64,000 nucleotides of DNA, taken from positions 346,456,001-346,520,000 of the forward strand of contig OZ024742.1 in the NCBI GenBank assembly GCA_964016885.1, given 5' to 3'. Positions 1 through 13,400 of the stretch are shown in pieces. This DNA comes from Eledone cirrhosa. Lineage: Eukaryota. Every line of letters starts with the position of its first letter. The stretch's first letter is position 1. Made by a program: the position numbers and the translations under genes. The notes beneath the pieces are model-generated. The model searched no databases. It was not told the origin of the DNA and saw nothing but the letters and a program-made list of their open reading frames with translations.

Positions 1-249
1 AGGGTAAGTTAGTTGGATGTGGAAGGTAGGTTAGTTGGAGGTGGAGGGTAAGTTGGTTGGAGGTGGAGGGTAAGCTAGTTGGAGGTGGAGGGTAAGTTAG
101 TTGGAGGTGGAGGGTAAATTAGTTGGGGTGGAGAATAGGTTATTTGGAGGTGGATGGTAAGTTAGTTGGGGGTGGAGGGTAAGCTAGTTGGAGGTGGAGG
201 GTAAGCTAGTTGGAGAGGGAGGGTAAGCTAGTTGGAATAGGAGGGTAAG

Positions 250-3200
250 TTAGTTGGAAGTGGATGGTAAGCTAGTTGGAGATGGACGGTAAGTTAGTTG
301 GAGGTGGAGGGTAAGATAGTTGGAAGTGGAGGGCAAGCTAGTTGGAGGGTAAGCTAGTTGGAGTAGGAGGGTAAGTTAGTTGGAGGTGGAGGGTAAGTTA
401 GATGGAGGTGGAGGGTAGGTTAGTTGGAGGTGAAGGTAAGTTAGTTGGAGGTGGAGGGTAAACTAGTTGGAGGTGGAGGGTAAGTTAGTTGGAAGTGGAG
501 GGTAAGCTAGTTGGAGGTTGAGGGTAAGTTAGTTGGGGTGGAGGATAGGTTAGTTGGAGCTTGAGGGTAAGTTAGTTGGGGTGGAGGATAGGTTAGTTCG
601 AGGTGGAGGGTAAGTTAGTTGGAGATGAAGGGTAAGTTAGTTGGAGGTGGAGGGTAGGTTAGTTGGAGGTGGAGGGTAGGTTAGTTGGAGGTGGAGGGTA
701 AGCTAGTTGGAGGTGGAGGGTAAGTTAGTTGGAGGTGTATGGTAAGTTAGTTTGAGGTGGAGGGTAAGCTATTTGGAGGTGGAGGGTAAGTTAGTTGGAG
801 GTGGAGGGTAGGTTAGTTGGAGGTGGAGGGTAAGTTAGTTGGAGGGGAGGGTGAGCTAGTTGGAAGTGGAGGGTAAGTTAGTTGGAGGTGGAGGGTAAAT
901 TAGTTGGGGTGGAGGATAGGTTAGTTGGAGGTGGAGGGTAACTTAGTTGGGGGTGGAGGGTAAGCTAGTTGGAGGTGGAGGGTAAGTTAGTTAGAGGTGG
1001 AGGGTAAGTTAGTTGGAGGGGGACGGTAGGCTATTTGTAGGTGGAGGGTAAGCTAGTTGGAGGTGGAGGGTAAGCTTGTTGGAGGTTGAGGGTAAGTTAG
1101 TTGGAAGTGGAGGGTAAGCTAGTTGGAAGTTGAGGGTAAGTTAGTTGGAAGTGGAGGGTAAGTTAGTTGGAGGTTGAAGGTAAGTTAGTTGTAAGTGGAG
1201 GGTAAGCTAGTTGGAGTGGGAGGGTAAACTAGTTGGAGGTAGGGGGTAAGTTAGTTGGACGTGGAGGGTAAGCTAGTTGGAGATGGAGGGTAAGTTAGTT
1301 GAAGATGGAGGGTAAGCTAGTTGGAGATGGAGGGTAAGTTTGTTGGATGTGGAGGGTAAGCTAGTTGGAGTAGGAGGGTAAGTTAGTTGGAGGTGGAGGG
1401 TAAGTTTGTTGGAGGTGGAATGGTAGGTTAGTTTGAGGTGGAGGTTAATTTAGTTGGAGGTGGAGGGTAAGCTAGTTGGAGGTTGAGGGTAAACTAGTTG
1501 GAGGTGGAGGGTAAGTTAGTTGGATGGAGGGTAAGTGAGTTGGATATGGAGGGTAAGTTAGTTGGACGTGGAGGGTAGATTAGTTGGAAGTGGAGGGTAA
1601 GCTAGTTGGAGGAGGAGGGTAAGCTAGTTGGAAGTGGAGGGTAAGTTAGTTGGAGGTGGAGGGTAGGTTAGTTGGAGGTGGAGGGTATGTTAGTTGGAGG
1701 TGGAGGGTAAGCTAGTTGGAGGTGGAGGGTAAGTAAGTTGGAAGTGGAGGGTAAATTAGTTGGGGTGGAGGATAGTTTAGTTGGAGGTGGAGGGTAAGTT
1801 AGTTGGGGGTGGAGGGTAAGCTAGTTGGAGGTGGAGGGTAAGTTAGTTAGAGGTGGAGGGTAAGTTAGTTGGAGGGCGACGGTAGGCTATTTGGAGGTGG
1901 AGGGTAAGCTAGTTGGAGGTGGAGGGTAAACTTGTTGGAGGTTGAGGGTAAGTTAGTTGGAAGTGGAGGGTAAGCTAGTTGGAGGTGGAGGGTAAATTAG
2001 TTGGGGTGGAGGTTAGGTTAGTTGGAGGTGGAGGGTAAGTTAGTTGGGAGCGAGGATTAGTTAGTTGGAAGTGGCGGGTAAGCTAGTTGGAGGTGGTGGG
2101 TAAGTTAGTTGGAAGTGGATGGTAAGCTAGTTGGAGGTGGAGGGTAGCTAGTTGGAGATGGACGGTAAGTTAGTTGGAGGTGGAGGGTAAGATAGTTGGA
2201 AGTGGAGGGAAAGCTAGTTGGAGGGTAAGCTAGTTGGAGTAGGAGGGTAAGTTAGTTGGAGGTGGAGGGTAAGTTAGATGGAGGTGGAGGGTAGGTTAGT
2301 TGGAGGTGAAGGTAAGTTAGTTGGAGGTGGAGGGTAAACTAGTTGGAGGTGGAGGGTAAGTTAGTTGGAAGTGGAGAGTAAGCTAGTTGGAGGTTGAGGG
2401 TAAGTTAGTTGGGGTGGAGGATAGGTTAGTTGGAGCTTGAGGGTAAGTTAGTTGGGGTGGAGGATAGGTTAGTTCGAGGTGGAGGGTAAGTTAGTTGGAG
2501 ATGAAGGGTAAGTTAGTTGGAGGTGGAGGGTAGGTTAGTTGGAGGTGGAGGGTAGGTTAGTTGGAGGTGGAGGGTAAGCTAGTTGGAGGTGGAGGGTAAG
2601 TTAGTTGGAGGTGTATGGTAAGTTAGTTTGAGGTGGAGGGTAAGCTATTTGGAGGAGGAGGGTAAGTTAGTTGGAATGGAGGGTAAGTTAGTTGGAGGTG
2701 GAAGGTAGGTTAGTTGGAGGTGGAGGGTAAGTTAGTTGGAGGGGAGGGTGAGCTAGTTGGAAGTGGAGGGTAAGTTAGTTGGAGGTGGAGGGTAAATTAG
2801 TTGGGGTGGAGGATAGGTTAGTTGGAGGTGGAGGGTAACTTAGTTGGGGGTGGAGGGTAAGCTAGTTGGAGGTGGAGGGTAAGTTAGTTAGGGGTGGAGG
2901 GTAAGTTAGTTGGAGGGGGACGGTAGGCTATTTGTAGGTGGAGGGTAAGCTAGTTGGTGGTGGAGGGTAAGCTTGTTGGAGGTTGAGGGTAAGTTAGTTG
3001 GAAGTGGAGGGTAAGCTAGTTGGAAGTTGAGGGTAAGTTAGTTGGAAGTGGAGGGTAAGTTAGTTGGAGGTTGAAGGTAAGTTAGTTGTAAGTGGAGGGT
3101 AAGATAGTTGGAGTGGGAGGGTAAACTAGTTGGAGGTAGGGGGTAAGTTAGTTGGACGTGGAGGGTAAGCTAGTTGGAGATGGAGGGTAAGTTAGTTGAA

Positions 3201-4390
3201 GATGGAGGGTAAGCTAGTTGGAGATGGAGGGTAAGTTTGTTGGAGGTGGAGGGTAAGCTAGTTGGAGTAGGAGGGTAAGTTAGTTGGAGGTGGAGGGTAA
3301 GTTTGTTGGAGGTGGAATGGTAGGTTAGTTTGAGGTGGAGGTTAATTTAGTTGGAGGTGGAGGGTAAGCTAGTTGGAGGTTGAGGGTAAACTAGTTGGAG
3401 GTGGAGGGTAAGTTAGTTGGATGGAGGGTAAGTGAGTTGGATATGGAGGGTAAGTTAGTTGGACGTGGAGGGTAGGTTAGTTGGAAGTGGAGGGTAAGCT
3501 AGTTGGAGGAGGAGGGTAAGCTAGTTGGAAGTGGAGGGTAAGTTAGTTGGAGGTGGAGGGTAGGTTAGTTGGAGGTGGAGGGTATGTTAGTTGGAGGTGG
3601 AGGGTAAGCTAGTTGGAGGTGGAGGGTAAGTAAGTTGGAAGTGGAGGGTAAATTAGTTGGGGTGGAAGATAGTTTAGTTGGAGGTGGAGGGTAAGTTAGT
3701 TGGGGGTGGAGGGTAAGCTAGTTGGAGGTGGAGGGTAAGTTAGATAGAGGTGGAGGGTAAGTTAGTTGGAGGGCGACGGTAGGCTATTTGGAGGTGGAGG
3801 GTAAGCTAGTTGGAGGTGGAGGGTAAGCTTGTTGGAGGTTGAGGGTAAGTTAGTTGGAAGTGGAGGGTAAGCTAGTTGGAGGTGGAGGGTAAATTAGTTG
3901 GGGTGGAGGATAGGTTAGTTGGAGGTGGAGGGTAAGTTAGTTGGGAGCGAGGATTAGTTAGTTGGAAGTGGCGGGTAAGCTAGTTGGAGGTGGTGGGTAA
4001 GTTAGTTGGAAGTGGATGGTAAGCTAGTTGGAGGTGGAGGGTAGCTAGTTGGAGATGGACGGTAAGTTAGTTGGAGGTGGAGGGTACGTTAGTTGGAAGT
4101 GGAGGGCAAGCTAGTTGGAGGGTAAGCTAGTTGGAGTAGGAGGGTAAGTTAGTTGGAGGTGGAGGGTAAGTTAGTTGGAGGTGGAGGGTAGGTTAGTTGG
4201 AGGTGAAGGGTAAGTTAGTTGGAGGTGGAGGGTAAACTAGTTGGAGGTGGAGGGTAAGTTAGTTGGAAGTGGAGGGTAAGCTAGTTGGAGGTTGAGGGTA
4301 AGTTAGTTGGGGTGGAGGATGGGTTAGTTTGAGGTGGAGGGTAAGTTAGTTGGAGATGGAGGGTAAGTTAGTTGGAGGTGGAGGGTAAGC
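250..4390 (+). repeat. Higher-order tandem duplication, ~1.9 kb period (two copies plus a partial third)
   Basis: Rare markers repeat: ggagCttgagg at 560/2436 (offset 1876), gggCgacgg at 1877/3774 and gggagCgagg at 2051/3948 (offset 1897; one extra 21-bp unit near 2671). Confidence 0.85.
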
Positions 4391-4454
4391 TAGTTGGAGA
4401 TGGACGGTAAGTTAGTTGGAGGTGGAGGGTACGTTAGTTGGAAGTGGAGGGCAA

Positions 4455-7400
4455 GCTAGTTGGAGGGTAAGCTAGTTGGAGTAGGAGGGTAAGTTAGTTG
4501 GAGGTGGAGGGTAAGTTAGTTGGAGGTGGAGGGTAGGTTAGTTGGAGGTGAAGGGTAAGTTAGTTGGAGGTGGAGGGTAAACTAGTTGGAGGTGGAGGGT
4601 AAGTTAGTTGGAAGTGGAGGGTAAGCTAGTTGGAGGTTGAGGGTAAGTTAGTTGGGGTGGAGGATGGGTTAGTTCGAGGTGGAGGGTAAGTTAGTTGGAA
4701 ATGGAGGGTAAGCTAGTTGGAGGTGGAGGGTAAGTTGATTGGAGGTGTATGGTAAGTTAGTTTGAGGTGGAGGGTAAGCTATTTGGAGGTGGAGGGTAAG
4801 TTAGTTGGAGGTGGAGGGTAGGTTAGTTGGAGGTGGAGGTTAAGTTAGTTGGAGGGGAGTGTGAGCTAGTTGGAAGTGGAGGGTAAGTTAGTTGGAGGTG
4901 GAGGGTAAATTAGTTGGGGTGGAGGATAGGTTAGTTGGAGGTGGAGGGTAAGCTAGTTGGAATAGGAGGGTAAGTTAGTTGGGGGTGGAGGGTAAGCTAG
5001 TTGGAGGTGGAGGGTAAGCTAGTTGGAAGTGGAGGGTAAGTTAGTTGGTGGTGGAGGGTAAGCTAGTTGGAGGTGGAGGGTAAGTTAGTTAGAGGTGGAG
5101 GGTAAGTTAGTTGGAGGGGGACGGTAGGCTATTTGGAGGTGGAGGATATGCTAGTTGGAGTTGGAGGGTAAGCTTGTTGGAGGTTGAGGGTAAGTTAGTT
5201 GGAAGTGGAGGGTAAGCTAGTTGGAGGTGGAGGGTAAGCTAGTTGGAAGTTGAGGGTAAGTTAGTTGGAAGTGGAGGGTAAGTTAGGTGGAGGTTGAAGG
5301 TAAGTTAGTTGGAAGTGGAGGGTAAGCTAGTTGGAGGTGGAGGGTAAACTAGTTGGAGGTAGGGGGGTAAGTTAGTTGGAGGTGGAGGGTAAGCTAGTTG
5401 GAGATGGAGGGTAAGTTAGTTGGAGGAGGAGGGTAAGCTAGTTGGAGATGGAGGGTAAGTTTTTTGGAGGTGGAGGGTAAGCTAGTTGGAGGGTAAGCTA
5501 GTTGGAGTAGGAGGGTAAGTTAGTTGGAGGTGGAGGGTAAGTTAGTTGGAGGTGGAGGGTAGGTTAGTTGGAGGTGGAGGGTAATTTAGTTGGAGGTGGA
5601 GGTTAAGCTAGTTGGAGGTTGAGGGTAAACTAGTTGGAGGTGGAGGGTAACTTAGTTGGATGGAGGGTAAGTGAGTTGGATATGAAGGGTAAGTTAGTTG
5701 GACGTGGAGGGTAGGTTAGTTGGAAATGGAGTGTAAGCTAGTTGGAGGTGGAGGGTAAGTTAGTTGGAAGTGGAGGGTAAGTTAGTTGGAGGTGGAGGGT
5801 AGGTTAGTTGGATGTGGAGGGTATGTTAGTTGGAGGTGGAGGGTAAGCTAGTTGGAGGTGGAGGGTAAGTTAGTTGGAAATGGAGGGTAAGCTAGTTGGA
5901 GATTGAGGGTAAGTTAGTTGGGGTGGAAGATAGGTTAGTTGGAGTTGGAGGGTAAGCTAGTTGGAGGTGGAGGGTAAGTTAGTTGGAGGTGGAGGGTAAG
6001 TTAGTTGGAAGTGGAGGGTAAGCTAGTTGGAAGTGGAGGGTAAACTATTTGGAGGTGGAGGGTAAGTTAGTTGGAAGTGGAGGGTAAGCTAGTTGGAGAT
6101 GGAGGGTAAGTTAGTTGGAGGTGGAGGGTAAGTTAGTTGGATGTGGAGGGTAAGTTATTTGGAGGTGGAGGGTAAGCTAGTTGGATGTGCAGGGTAAGTT
6201 AGTTGGAGGTGGAAGGTAGGTTAGTTGGAGATGGAGGGTAAGTTGGTTGGAGGTGGAGGGTAAGCTAGTTGGAGGTGGAGGGTAAGTTAGTTGGAGGTGG
6301 AGAGTAAATTAGTTGGAGGTGGAGGGTATGTTAGTTGGAGGTGGAGGGTAAGCTAGTTGGAGATGGAGGGTAAGTTAGTTGGAAATTGAGGGTAAGTTAG
6401 TTGGGGGTGGAGGGTAAGCTAGTTGGAAGTTGAGGGTAAGTTAGTTGGAAGTGGAGGGTAAGTTAGTTGGAGGTTGAAGGTAAGTTAGTTGGAAGTGGAG
6501 GGTAAGCTAGTTGGAGGTGGAGGGTAAACTAGTTGGAGGTAGGGGGGTAAGTTAGTTGGAAGTGGAGGGTAAGCTAGTTGGAGATGGAGGGTAAGTTAGT
6601 TGGAGGAGGAGGGTAAGCTAGTTGGAGATGGAGGGTAAGTTTTTTGGAGGTGGAGGGTAAGCTAGTTGGAGGGTAAGCTAGTTGGAGTAGGAGGGTAAGT
6701 TAGTTGGAGGTGGAGGGTAAGTTAGTTGGAGGTGGAGGGTATGTTAGTTGGAGGTGGAGGGTAATTTAGTTGGAGGTGGAGGTTAAGCTAGTTGGAGGTT
6801 GAGGGTAAACTAGTTGGAGGTGGAGGGTAAGTTAGTTGGATGGAGGGTAAGTGAGTTGGATATGAAGGGTAAGTTAGTTGGACGTGGAGGGTAGGTTAGT
6901 TGGAGGTGGAGGGTAAGCTAGTTGGAGGTGGAGGGTAAGTTAGTTGGAAGTGGAGGGTAAGCTAGTTGGAGGTTGAGGGTAAGTTAGTTGGGGTGGAAGA
7001 CAGGTTAGTTGGAGGTGGAGGGAAAGCTAGTTGGAGGTGGAGGGTAAGTTAGTTGGAGGTGGAGGGTAAGTTAGTTGGAAGTGGAGGGTAAGCTAGTTGG
7101 ATGTGGAGGGTAAGTTATTTGGAGGTGGAGGGTAAGTTAGTTGGATGTGGAGGGTAAGTTATTTGGAGGTGGAGGGTAAGCTAGTTGGATGTGCAGGGTA
7201 AGTAATTTGGAGGTGGAAGGTAAATTAGTTGGGGTGGAGGATAGGTTATTTGGAGATGGAGGGTAAGTTAGTTGGGGTCGGAGGGTAAGCTAGTTGGAGG
7301 TGGAGGGTAAGCTAGTTGGAGGTGGAGGGTAAGCTAGTTGCAGTAGGAGGGTAATTTAGTTGGAGGTGGAGGGTAAGTTAGTTGGAGAAGGAGCGTAGGT

Positions 7401-10400
7401 TAGTTGAAGCTGGAGGGTAAGTTAGTTGGGAGTGAGGATAAGTTAGTTGGAGGTGGCGGGTAAGCTAGTCGGAGGTGGAGGGTAAGTTAGTTGCAAGTGG
7501 AGGGTAAGCTAGTTGGAGATGGACGGTAAGTTAGTTGGAGGTGGAGGGTAAGGTAGTTGGAGGTGGAGGGCAGGCTAGTTGGGGGGTAAGCTAGTTGGAG
7601 TAGGAGGGTAAGTTAGTTGGAGGTGAAGGGTAGGTTAGTTGGAGGTGGAGTGTAAGCTAGTTGGAGGTGGAGGGTAAGTTAGTTGGAGGTGTATGGTAAG
7701 TTAGCTTGAGGTGGAGGGTAAGCTATTTGGAGGTGGAGGGTAAGTTAGTTGGAGGTGGAGGGTAAGTTAGTTGGAGGTGGAGGGTAGGTTAGTTGGAGGT
7801 GGAGGGTAAGTTAGTTGGTGGGGAGGGTGAGCTAGTTGGAGGTGGAGGGTAAGTTAGTTGGTGGTGGAGGGAAAATTAGTTGGCGTGGAGGATAATTTAT
7901 TTGGAGGTGGAGGGTAAGTTAGTTGGGGGTGGGGGGTAAGCTAGTTGGAGGTGGAGGGTAAGTTAGTTAGAGGTGGAGGGTAAGTTAGTTGGAGGGGGAC
8001 GGTAGGCTATTTGGAGGTGGAGGGTAAGCTAGTTGGAGGTGGAGGGTAAGCTTGTTGGAGGTTGAGGGTAAGTTAGTTGGAAGTGGAGGGTAAGCTAGTT
8101 TGAGGTGGAGGGTAAGCTAGTTGGAAGTTGAGGGTAAGTTAGTTGGAAGTGGAGGGTAAGTTAGTTGGAGGTGGAGGGTAAGTTAGTTGGAAGTGGAGGG
8201 TAAGCTAGTTGGAAGTGGAGGGTAAACTATTTGGAGGTGGAGGGTAAGTTGGTTGGAAGTGGAGGGTAAGCTAGTTGGAGATGGAGGGTAAGTTAGTTGG
8301 GGGCGGAGGGTAAGTTATTTGGATGTGGAGGGTAAGTTATTTGGAGTTGGAGGGTAAGCTAGTTGGATGTGCAGGGTAAGTTAGTTGGAGGTGGAAGGTA
8401 GGTTAGTTAGAGGTGGAGGGTAAGTTGGTTGGAGGTGGAGGTTAAGTTAGTTGGAGGTGGAGGGTAAATTAGTTGGGGTGGAGGATAGGTTATTTGGAGA
8501 TGGAGGGTAAGTTAGTTGTGGTCGGAGGGTAAGCTAGTTGGAGGTGGAGGGTAAGCTAGTTGGAGGTGGAGGGTAAGCTAGTTGGAGTAGGAGGGTAATT
8601 TAGTTGGAGGTGGAGGGTAAGTTAGTTGGAGAAGGAGGGTAGGTTAGTTGAAGCTGGAGGGTAAATTAGTTGGGAGTGAGGATAAGTTAGTTGGAGGTGT
8701 ATGGTAAGTTAGTTTGAGGTGGAGGGTAAGCTATTTGGAGGTGGAGGGTAAGTTAGTTGGAGGTGGAGGGTCAGTTAGTTGGAGGTGGAGGGTTGGTTAG
8801 TTGGAGGTGGAGGGTAAGTTAGTTGGTGGGGAGGGTGAGCTAGTTGGAGGTGGAGGGTAAGTTAGTTGGTGTTGGAGGGTAAATTAGTTGGCGTGGAGGA
8901 TAATTTAGTTGGAGGTGGAGGGTAAGTTAGTTGGGGGTGGGGGGTAAGCTAGTTGGAGGTGGAGGGTAAGTTAGTTAGAGGTGGAGGGTAAGTTAGTTGG
9001 AGGGGGACGGTAGGCTATTTGGAGGTGGAGGGTAAGCTAGTGGAGGTGGAGGGTAAGCTTCTTGGAGGTTGAGGGTAAGTTAGTTGGAAGTAGAGGGTAA
9101 GCTAGTTTGAGGTGGAGGGTAAGCTAGTTGGAAGTTGAGGGTAAGTTAGTTGGAAGTGGAGGGTAAGCTAGTTGGAGGTGGAAGGTAAACTAGTTGGAGG
9201 TGGAGGGTAAGTTAGTTGGAGGTGGAGGGTAAGCTAGTTGGAGATGGAGGGTAAGTTAGTTGGAGGTGGAGGGTAAGCTAGTTGGAGATGGAGGGTAAGC
9301 TAGTTGGAGTAGGAGGGTAATTTAGTTGGAGGTGGAGGGTAAGTTAGTTGGAGAAGGAGGGTAGGTTAGTTGAAGCTGGAGGGTAAGTTAGTTGGGAGTG
9401 AGGATAAGTTAGTTGGAGGTGGCGGGCAAGCTAGTTGGAGGTGGAGGGTAAGTTAGTTGCAAGTGGAGGGTAAGCTAGTTGGAGATGGACGGTAAGTTAT
9501 TTGGAGGTGGAGGGTAAGGTAGTTGGAGGTGGAGGGCAGGCTAGTTGGGGGGTAAGCTAGTTGGAGGTGGAGGGTAAGTTATTTGCAAGTGGAGGGTAAG
9601 CTAGTTGGAGATGGACGGTAAGTTAGTTGGAGGTGGAGGGTAAGGTAGTTGGAGGTGGAGGGCAGGCTAGTTGGGGGGTAAGCTAGTTGGAGTAGGAGGG
9701 TAAGTTAGTTGGAGGTGAAGGGTATGTTAGTTGGAGGTGGAGTGTAAGCTAGTTGGAGGTGGAGGGTAAGTTAGTTGGAAGTGGAGGGTAAGCTAGTTGG
9801 AGGTGGAGGTTAAACTAGTTGGAGGTGGGGGGGTAAGTTAGTTGGAGGTGGAGGGTAAGCTAGTTGGAGATGGAAGGTAAGTTAGTTGGAGGTGGAGGGT
9901 AAGCTAGATGGAGATGGAGGGTAAGCTAGTTGGAGTAGGAGGGTAATTTAGTTGGAGGTGGAGGGTAAGTTAGTTGGAGAAGGAGGGTAGGTTAGTTGAA
10001 GCTGGAGGGTAAGTTAGTTGGGAGTGAGGATAAGTTAGTTGGAGGTGGCGGGCAAGCTAGTTGGAGGTGGAGTGTAAGTTAGTTGCAAGTGGAGGGTTAG
10101 CTAGTTGGAGATGGACGGTAAGTTATTTGGAGGTGGAGGGTAAGGTAGTTGGAGGTGGAGGGCAGGCTAGTTGGGGGGTAAGCTAGTTGGAGTAGGAGGG
10201 TAAGTTAGTTGGAGGTGAAGGGTATGTTAGTTGGAGGTGGAGTGTAAGCTAGTTGGAGGTGGAGGGCAAGTTAGTTGGAGGGTAAGCTAGTTGGAGTAGG
10301 AGGGTAAGTTAGTTGGAGGTGGTGGGTAAGTTATTTGGAGGTGGAGGGTAGGTTAGTTGGAGGTGGAGGGTAATTTAGTTGGAGGTGGAGGGTAAGCTAG

Positions 10401-13400
10401 TTGGAGGTTGAGGGTAAACTAGTTGGAGGTGGAGGGTAAGTTAGTTGGAAGTGGAGGGTAAGGTAGTTGGAGGTGGAGGGTAATTTAGTTGGAAGTGGAG
10501 GGTAAGTTAGTTGGATGTGGAGGATAAGTTAGTTGGAGGTGGAGGGTAAGCTAGTTGGAAGTGCAGGGTAAGTTAGTTGGAGGTGGGGGGTAGGTTAGTT
10601 GGAAGTGGAGGGTAAGCTAGTTGGAGGTGGAGGGTAAATTAGTTGAAGGTGGAGGGTAAGTTAGTTGGAGGTGGAGGGTAAGCTGGTTGGAGATGGCGGG
10701 TAAGTTAGTTGGATGTGGAGGGTCAGTTAGTGGAGGTGGAGGATAGGTTAGTTGGAGGTGGAGGGTAGGTTAGTTGAAGCTGGAGGGTAATTTAGTTGGG
10801 AGTGAGGATAAGTTAGTTGGAGGTGGAGGGTGAGCTAGTTGGAGGTAGGGGGGTAAGTTAGTTGGAGGTGGAGGGTAAGCTAGTTGGACTGGAGGGTAAG
10901 TTAGTTGGAGGAGGAGGGTAAGCTAGTTGGAGATGGAGGGTAAGTTTGTTGGAGGTGGAGGCTAAGCTAGTTGGAGGGTAAGCTAGTTGGAGTAGGAGGG
11001 TAAGTTAGTTGGAGATGGAGGGTAAGTTAGTTGGAGGTGGAGGGTAGGTTAGTTGGAGGTGGAGGGTAATTTAGTTGGAGGTGGAGGGTAAGCTAGTTGG
11101 AGGTTGAGGGTAAACTAGTTGGAGCTGGAGGGTAAGTTAGTTGGATGGAGGGTAAGGGAGTTGGATATGAAGGGTAAGTTAGTTGGACATGGAGGGTAGG
11201 TTAGTTGGAGGTGGAGGGTAAGCTAGTTGGAGGTGGAGGGTAAGTTAGTTGGAAGTGGAGGGTAAGTTAGTTGGAGGTGGACGGTAGGTTAGTTGGAGGT
11301 GGAGGGTAAGTTAGTTGGAGGTGCAGGGTAAGTTAGTTGGAGGTGGGGGGTAGGTTAGTTGGAAGTGGAGGGTAAGCTAGTTGGAGGTGGAGGGTAAATT
11401 AGTTGAAGGTGGAGGGTAAGTTAGTTGGAGGTGGAGTGTAAGCTGGTTGGAGATGGCGGGTAAGTTAGTTGGATGTGGAGGGTCAGTTAGTGGAGGTGGA
11501 GGATAGGTTAGTTGGAGGTGGAGGGTAGGTTAGTTGAAGCTGGAGGGTAATTTAGTTGGGAGTGAGGATAAGTTAGTTGGAGGTGGAGGGTGAGCTAGTT
11601 GGAGGTAGGGGGGTAAGTTAGTTGGAGGTGGAGGGTAAGCTAGTTGGAGATGGAGGGTAAGTTAGTTGGAGGAGGAGGGTAAGCTAGTTGGAGATGGAGG
11701 GTAAGTTTGTTGGAGGTGGAGGCTAAGCTAGTTGGAGGGTAAGCTAGTTGGAGTAGGAGGGTAAGTTAGTTGGAGATGGAGGGTAAGTTAGTTGGAGGTG
11801 GAGGGTAGGTTAGTTGGAGGTGGAGGGTAATTTAGTTGGAGGTGGAGGGTAAGCTAGTTGGAGGTTGAGGGTAAACTAGTTGGAGCTGGAGGGTAAGTTA
11901 GTTGGATGGAGGGTAAGTGAGTTGGATATGAAGGGTAAGTTAGTTGGACATGGAGGGTAGGTTAGTTGGAGGTGGAGGGTAAGCTAGTTGGAGGTGGAGG
12001 GTAAGTTAGTTGGAAGTGGAGGGTAAGTTAGTTGGAGGTGGACTGTAGGTTAGTTGGAGGTGGAGGGTATGTTAGTTGGAGGTGGAGGGTAAGTTAGTTG
12101 GAAGTGGAGGGTAAGCTAGTTGGAGGTTGAGGGTCAGTTAGTTGGGGTGGAAGATAGGTTCGTTGGAGGTGGAGGGTAAGCTAGTTGGAGGTGGAGGGTA
12201 AGTTAGTTGGAGGTGGAGGGTAAGTTAGTTGGAATTGGAGGGTAAGCTAGTTGGAAGTGGAGGGTAAACTATTTGGAGGTGGAGGGTAAGTTAGTTGGAA
12301 GTGGAGGGTAAGCTAGTTGGAGATGGAGGGTAAGTTAGTTGGAGGTGGAGGGTAAGTTAGTTGGATGTGGAGGGTAAGTTATTTGGAGGTGGAGGGTAAG
12401 CTAGTTGGATGTGCAGGGTAAGTTAGTTGGAGGTGGAAGGTAGGTTAGTTGTAGGTGGAGGGTAAGTTGGTTGGAGGTGGAGGGTAAGCTAGTTGGAGGT
12501 GGAGGGTAAGCTAGTTGGAGGTGGAGGGTAAATTAGTTGGGGTGGAGGATAGGTTATTTGGAGATGGAGGGTAAGTTAGTTGGGGTCGGAGGGTAAGCTA
12601 GTTGGAGGTGGAGGGTAAGCTAGTTGGAGGTGGAGGGTAAGCTAGTTGGAGTAGGAGGGTAATTTAGTTGGAGGTGGAGGGTAAGTTAGTTGGAGAAGGA
12701 GGGTAGGTTAGTTGAAGCTGGAGGGTAAGTTAGTTGGGAGTGAGGATAAGTTAGTTGGAGGTGGCGGGTAAGCTAGTTGTAGGTGGAGGGTAAGTTAGTT
12801 GCAAGTGGAGGGTAAGCTAGTTGGAGATGGACGGTAAGTTAGTTGGAGGTGGAGGGTAAGGTAGTTGGAGGTGGAGGGCAGGCTAGTTGGGGGGTAAGCT
12901 AGTTGGAGTAGGAGCGTAAGTTAGTTGGAGGTGAAGGGTAGGTTAGTGGAGGTGGAGTGTAAGCTAGTTGGTGGTGGAGGGTAAGTTAGTTGGAGGTGTA
13001 TGGTAAGTTAGTTTGAGGTGGAGGGTAAGCTATTTGGAGGTGGAGGGAAAGTTAGTTGGAGGTGGAGGGTAAGTTAGTTGGATGTGGAGGGTAAGTTATT
13101 TGGAGGTGGAGGGTAAGCTAGTTGGATGTGCAGGGTAAGTTAGTTGGAGGTGGAAGGTAGGTTAGTTGGAGGTGGAGGGTAAGTTAGTTGGTGGGGAGGG
13201 TGAGCTAGTTGGAGGTGGAGGGTAAGTTAGTTGGTGGTGGAGGGTAAATTAGTTGGCGTGGAGGATAATTTAGTTGGAGGTGGAGGGTAAGTTAGTTGGG
13301 GGTGGGGGGTAAGCTAGTTGGAGGTGGAGGGTAAGTTAGTTAGAGGTGGAGGGTAAGTTAGTTGGAGGGGGACGGTAGGCTATTTGGAGGTGGAGGGTAA

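Noticed and set aside
7559-7575. Similarity of GGAGGTGG / GGGCAGG to the human minisatellite core and the Chi sequence
   Set aside because: A short G-rich match expected by composition; no exact Chi (GCTGGTGG) was seen, and there is no basis for functional transfer.
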